A DNA stretch of 64,000 bases, taken from the NCBI RefSeq assembly GCF_004010195.1, contig NC_057719.1, forward strand, positions 34,387,281 to 34,451,280, given 5' to 3'. The stretch comes from Chiloscyllium plagiosum (Eukaryota). The notes beneath the pieces were generated by a model. It was not told the origin of the DNA and did no database searches. It saw only the letters and a list, made by a program, of their open reading frames with translations. The translations under genes and the position numbers were made by a program. Below are positions 39,171 through 51,352 of this stretch, in pieces. Numbering within the stretch: the first letter of the stretch is position 1; each line of letters opens with the position of its first letter.

Positions 39171-40225
39171 CAGTAGCTAAACAAAATAAACCGGTCCGAC
39201 CATGCCTGACTTCAAAATAGTCTCTGCCTAGTAACTGCATGGCAAATGCAGACTAGGAATTGAGTTTCATTGCTGTGGCGCAGCAAATCTAGTAGTGGGT
39301 ACCATCATTGAACAGAAGGAATTGATCAGTACTACATGACTAAAGGCTGATTAAAGTCATTGATGCAGCACGGGGCCCCGCAATGAAGCTCCAATCTCAC
39401 ACCTTCTGAAAGGTAAGTGCTAACTTTAAAGAACTGCCAAATCTGCACTCAGTTGGTCTGTAGAAGTGCCACAACCACAGAGATACTGTGCTAAACTGCT
39501 GGAGCCCCTCAAGCTGCGTTGGGAACTCGTGGACCCCTCTGACTGAGCTGGAGTTGCAAGCTGACCTGCATCTCTTACACATGAACTCTCTACAGTAGTG
39601 TCATGGCAAGAGGAGAATGAGCCCCTCTATCTCTGGAACGCACAGAGGTTCCTGTATGCCTGACAAGAGAGGTCGGGACATCAGCCAGCAGCCAGGAGCT
39701 GCTCTCAGGAGAGAACAGTGTTTCAAGTGTTGGACAGTGCTCTTCAGTCTGCAAGCCCAGTGCCTCCATGAACAATGAAGGGGATGCTCCTGCACTTAAT
39801 TTTAAATTACATGCTTATTTTCAACTTCAGATTTTAAAACTCTAATGAGAATTCCAAGCCAACAATGAAAAGTAAAATAAAAAACAGTTCGCACCATACC
39901 TAAACTCGGGATGGTAATTGATATTGGTTTTTCTGAACAAATCTTAGTAAAGTACAAGGACAGGTGCATTTCTCCCATCAACAAAATGAGACTAACTTTG
40001 GAAACACAATTCTTATGAGACTCGGAAAATCTGTCAAAAACACTTTAATTGCTCCGTGAAGGAAAATCCTGTGTAAGAACCGTGGCTTCAAATAACTTGA
40101 AAACATTTGAATTCCCCATCCAATAAATCAAAAAGAATGTAATTTACAAAAAGGTTAGGGCATCAAAACTACTCAACAGTATCATCAAGAATTACTAAGT
40201 GATCTTTGTTGTTCAGATTGACATT

Positions 40226-40333
40226 CCTGCTGAAGAGTTTATGCCCGAAACATTAACTGTTTTGCTCTTTAGATGCTGCCTGACCTGCTGTGTTTTTCCA
40301 GCACCAACACCTTTTGACTCTCACTTTCTCCTA
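40226..40333 (+). mobile_element. PLE terminal repeat with decayed hammerhead core
   Basis: cctgctgaagagtttatgcccgaaac...gatgctgcctgacctgctgtgtttttccagc. Confidence 0.7.
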
Positions 40334-40997
40334 GTTAAAAAAAAATGATCTAACCAGAACAGAAATGGAGGGATTATTGAACATGATTTGTAGTGTAATC
40401 TGTGTTAAACTACGCAACTGTAATCCTTGACTCCTCTTCACTATTTAACATTTAAATGAATAACTGTCTGTCATTAAAACAAATGTGTAGGATTGCAAAC
40501 CTTGTAAACAACACCAGTGGGAGTTTAATCAAAATGAGTGGATCGTCCTACATTGCAGGATGGTCTATTTATCATGTGGCTAACATGAGGCTCTAAATAA
40601 AAATCTCAAGTCTGGAGATAAAAACCAATATGCATATCATTTAAAGATTATTGTCAGCAACATTTCCCCTTCCAGTGACTCAGATTAATAAGTTTGACTT
40701 TATCATTATACTGCAATGCTTCACCTTGAAGAATATAATGTGATATAAACAGATTAGTGTTATTTTTAAAGTTATGCATTTGTTCAGGGTTTCTCCGGAA
40801 AATGCAGGAGAAGACGCAAATTAATTATCAAAAAAAGTGATAAGAAAATTGTAATTTTAAATGTAAGAATGGCATATAAACTGGAAACATAGATAATTAT
40901 TATGGTACAAGCTTCCTGCTAACTCTTTTATCTTGTGTTCACAGCAGTTTGTAAAAGTAGACTGAGTTTCTTATTAGCAGAACCATCACCTTTATAC

Positions 40998-41151
40998 CTG
41001 TTAAGTTCAGACATCACACACAGAATGAACAATTGAACCTTTATTCTGCATCAGCGAACCAGACGTTGTTTGAAATGTTCTTTGCCCCTCAATCTTTGCC
41101 AAAAGCCAAACTGAATGGCCAATGCCTTATGATAAAACAGACAAACTGCAC
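40998..41151 (-). pseudogene. Candidate exon remnant
   Basis: Acceptor aatttgtag, donor gtataa; all frames closed; GIGHSVWLLAKIEG is motif-like. Confidence 0.35.
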
Positions 41152-41346
41152 CTACAAATTGCATAACATAGAGCATGCAGTGATACAAAACAAAATCAAG
41201 ATTTTTCAGATAGTAGGGATTGCTGAAGAGTCAGCAGGGATCACAGGAACCCCACAGCTATTTAATATACCTGTAATAAGCCTGTTCAGAGATGCCTGTG
41301 CACACTTTCAAATTTGAACCCAGGCCTCCTAGTCCACAGGTAGGGA

Positions 41347-41483
41347 CCTGGGAAGGAAGGGGAGGGGTCACTTCCTTCAAAGGTCCCCTTTCCTTGCATT
41401 ATAAGTAACACCACAGGGTGGCGAGTGCCTAATGTGAAAAGGGGGTCTTTGAGGGAGCTTGTCCCCTCCCTTTCCTTCCCAGG
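41347..41483. repeat. Imperfect inverted repeat (MITE-like), ~46-bp arms
   Basis: cctgggaaggaaggggaggggtcacttccttcaaaggtccccttt versus aaaagggggtctttgagggagcttgtcccctccctttccttcccagg. Confidence 0.7.
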
Positions 41484-41544
41484 CCCCCGTCCCTCTCTTC
41501 TCCTGTCAGCCCCAAAGTTGAGGCCATTGAAAGCAGCCCTTACA

Positions 41545-41988
41545 TTTGATTGACTGATTGATTTATTTTTGTCACATGCACCAAGATGTAGGGAAAAGTG
41601 CGTTTGGCATGCTAATCAGGCAGATCGTACCATTCAAAGTGCATCAGGGTGCAGAACAGGGTGCTTTTCCAGCTTCACATCTATTGACAGAGTGCAGAAA
41701 TCAGTGTTACAGCAGCAGAGAGAGAAAGAGAGAGGGAGATCAGAATTAACATTTGACAGGTCAGTTCAAAAGTCTGATAACAGCAGGGAAGAAACTATTC
41801 TTGAATGCGTTCATATATGTATTCAAACTTTTACATCTTCTGCCAGTTGAAAGGGAGTAAAACTGAGGTGGGAATGGTCTTTGATTATTTTGGTTGCTTT
41901 CCCGAGGCAGTGGGAAGTACAGTTGGAGTCAACAGATGGAAGACTCATTCGAGTGATGGACTGGGCTGTGTTCACAACTCACTGTAGT
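41545..41988 (-). mobile_element. Rex1/Babar- or L2-like LINE 3' end with (ATCA)n tail
   Basis: Minus strand LQ*VVNTAQSIT resembles LQRVVNSAQTIT of the Rex copy; tail ttgattgactgattgattt. Confidence 0.6.
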
Positions 41989-41989
41989 C

Positions 41990-44335
41990 CAGGGGTCACT
42001 CTCGTAAACCTGCTCTGAACCCCCCTCCAAAGCCAGCACATCCTTCCTTAGATTCAAAACTGCTCAGACCAGAACCTCAGACAGTCTCAGCAGTACATCC
42101 CTGCTCTTGTATTCTCGCCCTCGTCAAATGAATACTAACATTGCATTTATCTGCCAAACTGCCAGCTGAACTTGTTTGTTAATTTTAAGAGAATTCTGAA
42201 AAAGGAATCCTAAGTCCCTTTTGTGTTTCAGATTTGTGAAGCCGTTCTCCATTTCGAAAATAGTTTATATCTCTATTCTTTTCACAATGTGCATAACTTT
42301 ACACTTTACCACATTGTATTCCATCTGCTGCTTCTTTCCTCATGCTCCTAGTCTGTCCAGGTCCTTCTACAGCCTCCCTGCTTCCTCAGCACTACATGTC
42401 CCTCCACTTATCTTTGTGTCATCTCTAAACTTAGTAACAGTGCCCTCAGCTACTTCATCCAGAACGTGAATGTATAACCTGGATAGTTGTGGTCCCAAGA
42501 CAGAACACTGCAGAACTCCATGAGTCACTGGCTGCCATCCTGAAAAAGACTCCTTTATCCCTACTCTCTGCCTTCTGCCAGTCAGCCAATCCTCTATCCA
42601 TGGCATGCCTACCCCTAACACCATGGGCTCTTTTCTTATTTAGCAGCCTCGTGTTTGGTACCTTGTCAAAGGCCTTCTAGAAATCCAACTAGGTGACGTC
42701 CACTACCTCTCCTTTAGCTTGCTCATTACCTCCTCAAACAATTCAAACAGATTTGTCAGGTATGACCTCCCTATTTTAGCATGCACAGTGCAATCGCATC
42801 CTTAGTAATGGACTCTAAAACCTTACAAACAACCAAGGTCAGGCTAACCTGCTGATAATTTCCTGTCTTCTGCCTCCCCTGTCTTCTTAAACAGGGGTGT
42901 TAGATTAGCCATTTTCCAGTCCTCTGGGACCCTTCTTGACTTCAGAGTTTCCTGAAAGATTATCATCAATGCTTCTACAATTTCCTCAGCCATCTCCTTC
43001 AAAACGCTGGGTGATTTACTCACTTTCAGATCTTGTAACTTCCTCAGCACCTTCTCCATAGTGATGGCCACTACACTCACCTCTGTCCCCTGACTCTCTT
43101 GAAGTTTTGATACATTGCTCAGATCTTTCACTGTGAAAACTCATACAAAGTACCTATAGTTCCTCCACCATTTCTTTGGTTCCCATTATTACTCCTTCAG
43201 CCTCCTTTTCCAGTGGTCCAATGTCCACTTTTGCCTCTCTCTTGATTTTCACATATCTAAACAAAAGTTCTTACAATTATTTTGTATATTACTAGCTAGC
43301 TTACTCTCAAATTTAATCTCCTTTATGCTATTGCTTTTTTAGATATCATCTACTGGTTTTTAAAGGCCTCTCAATCCTCTGGCTTCCCACTAGTGTTCAC
43401 TACATTCTAAGCTTTAACTTGTTTTTTTGCTGTTCCTGACTGCCTTTAAAGCCATGGCTGACTCATGCGCCCCTTAATATTTTTCTTCTTCCTTTTGGAT
43501 GAATTTGGGCTGTGCCTCCTGAATTACCCCAGAAACCCCTACCATTGCTGCTCCCAATGTCTTCCCTGTAGGCTCCCCTTCCAAACAACTCTAGCCACTT
43601 CCTCCCCCATGTCTTTGTAGTTTTCTTTACTCAATTGTAATGCTATTATGTCTGATTCCAGTTTCTCTCTCTCAAATTGCAGCATGAATTCTATCATGTT
43701 ATGGTCACTGCCCCCTAGGGGTTTCCTCACCTTAAGCTCCCTAAACAAGTCTGCCTCATCCCAAATCTAGTATTGCCTGTTCCCTAATGGACTATACCAC
43801 AAGCTGCTCTAAAAAATCTCATAGTCTTTAGACAAATTCTTTTCTGGAGATCCACTGCCAACCTGATTTACCCAGACCACCTGGACACTGAAGTCCCCCA
43901 AACGTATTGCCTTTCTTACATGCCTTTTCTATCTCCCAATTTATTTTCTTCTACACATTCTGACTACTGGTAGAAAGCCTGTATATAATGCCCATCGGTA
44001 ACTTATCTCCTTTGTGCATCTTCAACTCTACCCACAGAGATTCTATGTTTTCCGAGTTAATATTACTTCCTGTTGTCAATTTAATTTCACTGTTTACTAA
44101 CAAGACAACCCCACATCCCTCCGCCCAACTGCCTGTTCTTTCAATAGGTTGTGTATCCTTGGATATTTAGTTCCAAGCCCTGGTCTTCATGCGTTCATGT
44201 CTCTATGATACCCACAGCATTGCACTTGCCAATTTTAATCTGCACTACAAACTCACTTACCTTGTTTTGTATGCTGCGTATATTTAAATACAATACCCTT
44301 AGTCCTGCATTGACTGGCCTCATTCTCATAGTTGT
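41990..44335 (-). mobile_element. Degenerate CR1 ORF2 (EN-RT) with internal deletions
   Basis: LGGSDHNMIEF, VPEDWKMANLTPLFKK, WIEDWLTGRRQRVGI and KFRDDTKISG. Confidence 0.88.
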
Positions 44336-44341
44336 CCCCGA

Positions 44342-44376
44342 TTCCTGATGAAGAGCTTATGCTCGAAACGTCAACT
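44342..44376 (+). ncRNA. Minimal hammerhead ribozyme motif in a PLE terminal repeat (44342-44430)
   Basis: CTGATGA-A-GAGC-TTAT-GCTC-GAAAC-GTC; core intact, helix I weak. Confidence 0.65.
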
Positions 44377-44604
44377 CTCCTGCTCCTCGGATGCTGCCTG
44401 ACTGGCTGTGCTTTTCCAGCACTACACTTATCTGCTGTACCTGAAATTAGATTCCTGACTCTTTCCACACTCTCTGTCCTATTACTTGTTCTGTAAACTA
44501 TAATAACCTCTGCTATTAGCCCTCCTCCCTCTTTCTTGTCCAGTACAGAGAACTGTGTCTTTTTTCAGCATGGTCTGAATATCAAGAAAATTGGAAGGTT
44601 TTAT

Positions 44605-44740
44605 GTAAAAGCAAAATAATGCAGATGCTGGAAATCTGAAACAAACACAGTATGTTGGAGAAACTCAGCAGATCTAGCAGCATCGATGGAGAGAGAAGCA
44701 GAGGTAATATTTCCACTCAGTTGTGACTCCCCTTTAGGAC
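44605..44740 (-). mobile_element. Degenerate PLE terminal-repeat arm
   Basis: tgcagatgctggaaatctgaaacaaa...ggagaaactcagcagatctagcagcatc. Confidence 0.6.
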
Positions 44741-45721
44741 AGAAACTTGTGTACTTACTTAAAAACTTCCCGTTTTTTGCGACAACTCCAGAAATAATGG
44801 GCCATGATCTCCATTATGCTATCCTGGTGAGTTGTGACAGAGATTAGGTTCTAAAGCAGGGGAAAATGGATTTTATTTTTTTCAGTTCTATGAAGATTTT
44901 ACTTTTTTTATTAAATGTCAGAAAGTCTTTTTGAACACTGAGTTCAAATCAGCATTTCCAATAAGTCATGTGATTTCAGGTAAGGAACCAGTAAGCAAGC
45001 TGGAGAGACAATTGTTAACATGTTTGCTGACTTGAATTTTACGATAACTAGAAAGAGAGACTAGCAGCCAGAAGCAGGGGGGAGAGGCCCATAAAGGATG
45101 CTGCTGCTACCAGCCTCGAAGCATTCAGGGCAGGAGAGAAGTTCTGAGGTCTTAAAAGTCAAGGAGAATAAATTTCCAGAAGCAGAAAGCTGTTAGGGTG
45201 TCAGAAAGGATGATATCTTACAAGGCTGTTGAAGGTGTGAGTTTAGGGACTCGTGTTTAGTAGTAGTGAGCTGAGTTGCCAATTTGTTTTAAAGTCTCAA
45301 AGAGGCACATCAGTCAAAGAAAATATCATTGAATGAATCTGCAGCAATTTGCCAAAAGAAAACCAATTATGGCCGTAATTGGTTAATTAAGCATGAGCTA
45401 AGCATGATGCTTTAGTATGGAGATAGGATTGATTCTTTACTGAGTATTGAATGTCTGTAAGAGTATTTCTGGAATAAAATAAATTAATCTTTCTTGTGTT
45501 TGAATTGAGGTTGTTCCAACAGTTCTTCTCTCATATAATATAGTTTGTATTTTTCTTTATGTAATGAACATTCTTAATCTTTCATTAAAACAACTTTGGC
45601 AATCTCTTCAATATGTTCATGACTGAACTTCATGGTAAACAAAACAAATAAAATCTGTGGTCTATGATGCTATGCTTCACTCTGTTATCTGAATTGTCCA
45701 GTAATACAACCAGCTGGGGTC

Positions 45722-48700
45722 ATAATGCACATAGAACATCGAACATAGAACATGGAACATAGAAGAGTACAGCACAGAACAGGCCCTTCAGCCCACGATG
45801 TTGTGCCGACCATTGATCCTCATGTAAGGTAAACCTAATGTACGAACCCTCAAATTTCTGTGACCATATACATGTCCAGCAGTCTCTTAAATATCCCCAA
45901 TGACCTCGCTTCCACAACTGCTGCTGGCTACATTCCATGCTCTCACAACTGTCTGCATAAAGAACCCACCTCTGACATCCCCTCTATACTTTCCGCCAAA
46001 CAGCTTAAAACTATGACCCCTCGTGTTAACAATTTCTGTCCTGGGAAAATGTCTCTGGCTATCAACTTTGTCTATGCCTCTCATTATCTTGTACTCCTCA
46101 ATTAGGTCACCTCTCTTCCTTCTTTTTTCCAATGATAAAAGTCCGAGCTCAGTCAACCTCTCTTCATAAAATAAGCCCTCCATTCCAGGCAGCATCCTGG
46201 TAAACCTCCTCTGAACCCTCTCCAAAGCATCCACATCTTTCCTATAATAGGGCGACCAGAACTGGACACAGTATTCCAAGTGTGGTCTAACTAAAGTTTT
46301 ATAGAGCTGCGATAAGATCTCACGGCTCTTAAACTCAATCCCCTGTTAATGAAAGCCAAAGCACCATATGCTTTCTTAACAACCCTGTCCACCTGGGTGG
46401 CAATTTTAAGGGATCTATGTACTTGCACACCAAGATCCTGCTGTTCCTCCACACTGCCAAGAATCCTGTCTTTAATCCTGTACTCAACTTTCAAGTTCGA
46501 CCTTCCAAAATGCATCACTTTGCATTTATCCAGGTTGAACTCCATCTGCCACCTCTCAGCCCATCTCTGCATCCTGTCAATGTCACCTCCAACCTTTGTG
46601 TCGTCTGCAAACTTGCTAACCCATCCTTCAATCTCCTCATCCAAGTCATTAATAAAAATTACAAAGAGTAGAGGCCCAAGAACAGAGCCCTGTGGAACAC
46701 CACTCATCACTGACTTCCAGGCAGAATACTTTCCTTCCACTACCACTCGCTGTCTTCTGTCGACCAGCCAATTCTGTATCCAGACAGCTAAATTTCCCTG
46801 TATCCCATTCCTCCTGACCTTCTAAACGAGCCTACCATGGGGAACCTTATCAAATGCCTTGCTGAAGTCCGTATACACCACACCCACTGTTCGACCCTCA
46901 TCAACTTGTCTAGTAACATCCTCAAAGAACTCAATAAGATTTGTGAGGCATGACCTGCCCCTCACAAAGCCGTGCTGACTGCATTTAATCAAGCCATGCT
47001 CTTCCAGATAGTCATAAATCCTATCCCTCAGAATCCTTTCTAACACCTTGCAGACGACAGACGTGAGACTTACTGGTCTGTAATTGCCAGAGATTTCCCT
47101 ATTTCCTTTCTTGAAGAGAGGAATTACATTTGCCTCCCTCCAGTCCTCAGGTACGGCTCCAGTGGAGAGCGAGGATGCAAAGATGTTCGCAAGTGGAGAA
47201 GCAATCACATTTCTCGCTTCCCAAAGCAGCCGAGGACAAATCTGGTCTGACCCTGGCGACTTGTCAATCTTAATGTTTGTCAAAATGTTTAGCACATCAG
47301 CTTCCTCTATCTCTATCCGTTCCTGCATGCTTACCTGCTCCTCGATGGTTTTATTCACTACAAGGTCCTTTTCTTTAGTAAAGACAGAAGCAAAAAACTC
47401 ATTTAGGGCTTCCCCTACCTCCTCAGACTCCATACACAAGTTCCCTGTGCTATCCCTGATCGGCCCTACTCTTTCTTTGATCATTCTCTTATTCCTCACA
47501 TAAGTGTAAAATGCCTTTGGATTCTCCCTAATCCTTCCTGCCAAGCCTTTTTCGTGCCCCCTCCTGGCTCTCCTCAGACCATTTTTGAGCTCCTTCCTCA
47601 CCTGCCTGTAAGCCTCTAGAGCTGAGCAAGACCCTTGCTTCCTCCACCTTACGTAAGCTGCCTTCCTTCTTTTGACAAAAAGCTCCTCCGCTCTCGTCAT
47701 CCAAGGTTCCTTTATCTTAGCCCTTCTTGCCTGTCTCAGAGGAAACAGTCTCCACATGTCTATAGTGCCCTTTCCATGGAACAATCGCTCCCAGTCCATG
47801 CTTCCCAACTCACGTCTGATAGCATCATAGTTTCCTTTTCCCCAAATAAATATCCTCCCATTGTGCCTGCTTCTCTCCTTCTCCATAGCTATGTAGAACG
47901 TGAGGCAGTTGTGGTCACTATCACCAAAATGCTCTCCCACCGCAAGGTCTGACACCCGCCCCGGCTCATTGCCGAGCACCAAATCCAAAATGGCCTCTCC
48001 CCTCGTCGGCCTGTCAATGTACTGAGTTAGGAAACCCTCCTGAACACACCTTACAAAAACAGCTCCTTCCAAACCATCTGCTCAAAGGAGGTTCCAATCA
48101 ATATTGGGAAAGTTAAAGTCACCCATTACAACAACCCTACTACATTCACACTTTTCCAAAATCTGCCGACCTATGCTTTCTTCAATCTCCCTGCTGCTAT
48201 TGGGGAGCCCGTAGTAAACCCCTAATGAGGTGACTGTTCCCTTACTGTTCCTAATTTACACCCATACTGACTCGGTAGGCAGACCCTCCTCGACAATGGT
48301 AACTTCTGTAGCTGTGATACCCTCTCTGATTAGCAGTGCTACACCCCCTCCTCTTTTTCCCCCTTCCCTATTCTTTTTTAAATGTTCTAAACCCTGGAAC
48401 ATCCAGCAACCATTCCTGCTCCTGAGAAACCCACATCTCTGTTATGGCCACAACATCATAGCACCAGGTACTGATCCATGCTCTAAGCTCATCACTTTTA
48501 TTCCTGATACTCCTTGCATTAAAGCAAACACACTTTAACCGATCCCTTGGTTCTTTCCCAGGAAATTCCTTCCCACTGGCTGCGCTACCTCTTGCTATTG
48601 CCTCATCTGCATCAACTCTCACCACTGGTATACAGCTCAGGTTCCCACTCCCTGCCATACTAGTTTAAACCCTCCTGAACCACTCGAGCAAACCTTCCAT

Positions 48701-49075
48701 CCAGGACATTGGTCCCCTTCCAGTTCAGGTGCAACCCGTCCTTCATGTACAGGTCCCACCTTCCCCAGAAGGCATCCTAATTATCTACATATCTGAAGCC
48801 CTCCCTCCTACACCAGCTGCAAAGCCACATGTTAAGCTGCGCCCGCTCCCTGTTCCTCACCTCGCTATCTCGTGGCACCGGTAGTAAACCTGAGAACACT
48901 ACTCTGTTCGTCCTGCTCTGCAGCTCCCACCCTAACTCCCTGAAATCACTTTTTATATCCTCAGTCCTTTTCCTGGCTCTCTCATTGGTGCCAATATGTA
49001 ACATGATTTCTGGCTGTTCGCCCTCCCCTTTCAGAATCTTATACACCCGATCGGAGATGTCCCGGACCCTGCAAT
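45722..49075 (-). mobile_element. Near-complete CR1 LINE: ORF1 SGNH/GDSL esterase, ORF2 APE endonuclease plus RT, (TATGTTC)n tail; disrupted
   Basis: ORF1 PEIMLHIGTNE...SGLLPVPR...LN.WL.SWCRREGFRYVDN. EN CVCFNARSIRNK...VAITE and [51 protein letters not shown] and FADDTK. Confidence 0.96.
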
Positions 49076-49114
49076 AGTGCAATAATGGAAGATTATAAAA
49101 TTCTGTTCATTAAA

Positions 49115-49525
49115 ATAGACTGGGGTTGTTTTCCCTACAGCGTCAGAGGCTGAGGGATGACCTCATAGAGGTTTATAAAATCATGAGGGGCTTGGATAGG
49201 GAAAATAGACAAGGTATTTTCCCTGTGGTGAGGGAGTCCAGAACTAGAGGGTATAGGTTTAGGGTGAGAGGGAAAAGAGATAAAAGAGACCTACGGGGCA
49301 ATTTTTTCGTGTATGGAATGAGCTGCCAGAGGAAGTGGTGGAGGCTGGTACAATTTCAACATTTAAAAGGCATCTGGATGGGTATAGGAATAGGAAGGGT
49401 TTGGAGGGATATAGGCCAGGTGCTGGCAGGTGGGACTAGATTGGGTTGAGATATCCGTTCAGCATGGATGAGTTGGACCGAAGGGTCTGTTTCCGTGCTA
49501 TACATCTCTATGACTCTATGGCTCT
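49115..49525 (+). mobile_element. CR1 3' end
   Basis: LGLFSL..QRLRDDLIEVYKIMRGLDR; 3'UTR and ctatgactctatg tail. Confidence 0.9.
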
Positions 49526-49654
49526 AAAGTATATAATTTTCCAATAATGAAGACAGGACCAATCCGTAAATTAAAATATTCTTATTTAAAGTAGTCTTCT
49601 GTAGATCTTGACAATGCAAAGCTTAAACAGCTTAGGTAAATTATAAAACAAAGA

Positions 49655-49892
49655 TAAAACAAAGAACTGTGATGCTGGTGATCTGAAACTGAAACAGTAA
49701 TTGTTGTTGAAACCCGGCAGGTCCAACAGGGTTTGTGGAAAGAAAGCAGATTTAACATTTTGATTCCAGAAACGCTTATTCAGAATTTCTAATGAAGAGT
49801 CACTAAACCCGAAACATTAACTCTGCTTTCTCTCCAGTTTGCTGTCAGATGCTGTCGGATCCACTGAGTTTCCACAGCAATTTCTGTTTTTG
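49655..49892. mobile_element. Palindromic PLE terminal-repeat element (degenerate)
   Basis: Inverted arms around 49785; ctaatgaagagtcactaaacccgaaac core remnant. Confidence 0.65.
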
Positions 49893-50711
49893 ATGCAAAT
49901 TATTAATCATTAGCTTTTCTAAAGAAAATTCGGAGAAGTCACCATTGTATGTTAAACTCATTTTATGTTCCTCCGCAAATTAGGCACGGCCTATAACAAG
50001 TGACTGATCCAATATCACCCATTTTACGCTAGCAGCAAGAGTTAACATTGCCCCACTGCCTATTTATACATTATGTTTTTTTAAACTGATTAAAACTTAA
50101 TGACCAGATGAAACAAAATGTGAATGTAGTACTCTCACTGGTGCCAAGCTTGGAGTCAGGAAAAGCATTTGATGTGGTAGCTGGGTGGCATACCTGACAC
50201 CCACTGATTTTCCACCCCCACCAGTATTAGATTTCAGGCAGGAAGAGGTGAGGTCAGGTATATCACAGGCAACCTCGTTAATAGCCTTTCCAAACTCCAG
50301 TTCAGCACAGTAACAGCATTAAGGTGGGGAAGGGCCTATAACCAATCAATGACTGCTTATAGGCCATATTTCATGTCCAATGGGATCACCCAGCTTACTG
50401 TGCAGACAGCATGTTACCTCTGAGTCAGAAGGTCGCTCAACTGAACTCATCAAAGGAGTGGGCATGAGAAGCAGAGGCCCTTTAAGACCCATTTTGTCAT
50501 AACTCACCACTCTGCAGTTTTGTGAAAATTGCCCCCAAATTGTATGACTCTGGCCTGGGTCTGCTGCAATCCTGGGGCTCTGGGATTGGATGGATGCATT
50601 CATCTGGCAACAGTCACAGCCTCCTCAGTGATGCTGCAGATAACAAAGCTGCCAGCCTCTGATAAGCCATCACTCTCACTGGGCAGTACGTCTGCCTACA
50701 GTGTATCTGAT

Positions 50712-50926
50712 CAGAAATGCAAAAACTGCTGATGCTGGAATCCAAGGTAGACAAGTAGGAGGCTGGAAGAACACAGCAAGCCAGGCAGCACCAGGAGGTG
50801 GAAAAGTCAATGTTTCAGATGTAACTCTTCAGTCCTGAAGAAGGGTTACACCCGAAACATTGACTTCTTCACCTCTTTATTGCTCCCTGGCTTGCTGTGT
50901 TCTTCCAGCCTCCTGCTTGTCTACTG
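50712..50926. mobile_element. Palindromic PLE terminal-repeat element with 13-bp TSD and hammerhead motif
   Basis: TSD cagtgtatctgat at 50699-50711 and 50927-50939; AGTC-CTGAAGA-A-GGGT-TAC-ACCC-GAAAC-ATT-GACT at 50831-50865. Confidence 0.85.
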
Positions 50927-51129
50927 CAGTGTATCTGATTGCTGGGGAAGGCCCTCTGGTGGCCTCACTATGATTTGCATGGGAATCAGAGAGTCTTCCC
51001 AAAAAGAGGAGCCATGGGTTACTCAACAGCTCTCCAGCTGACCGATGAGACTCCAAACACTTCACCCAAAGCTGATAAAATCTCGCCTAGTCCCACAGCT
51101 GAGAAGTATCTGAGATACTCAGAATTCAT

Positions 51130-51309
51130 TTCAAATTAGCTTCTCCACTTAAAAAAAACTTGAAATATCTACTTTATTTAATTAAACACATTTTCTATTC
51201 AGTATGTTAACCAGACAATTATGTCTTAGCAATATGCCATTAAACCGAGACACATATAATCACAAGGATGTGAATAGCTTTTAGCTTGATAGCATAATAT
51301 GTTTCTTTT
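51130..51309 (-). pseudogene. Candidate exon remnant (3' boundary uncertain)
   Basis: Very strong acceptor tttgtcttatttccctgccttttgttttcag; phase-1 frame KKHIMLSS*...SRFNGILLRHNCLVNI. Confidence 0.45.
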
Positions 51310-51352
51310 CTGAAAACAAAAGGCAGGGAAATAAGACAAACTGTTTCCTCCT

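Noticed and set aside
46291..48072. 416-aa and 151-aa ORFs as a host gene or active LINE
   Set aside because: These are CR1 ORF2 pieces with a stop, frameshifts and an internal deletion after FADDTKVGG.
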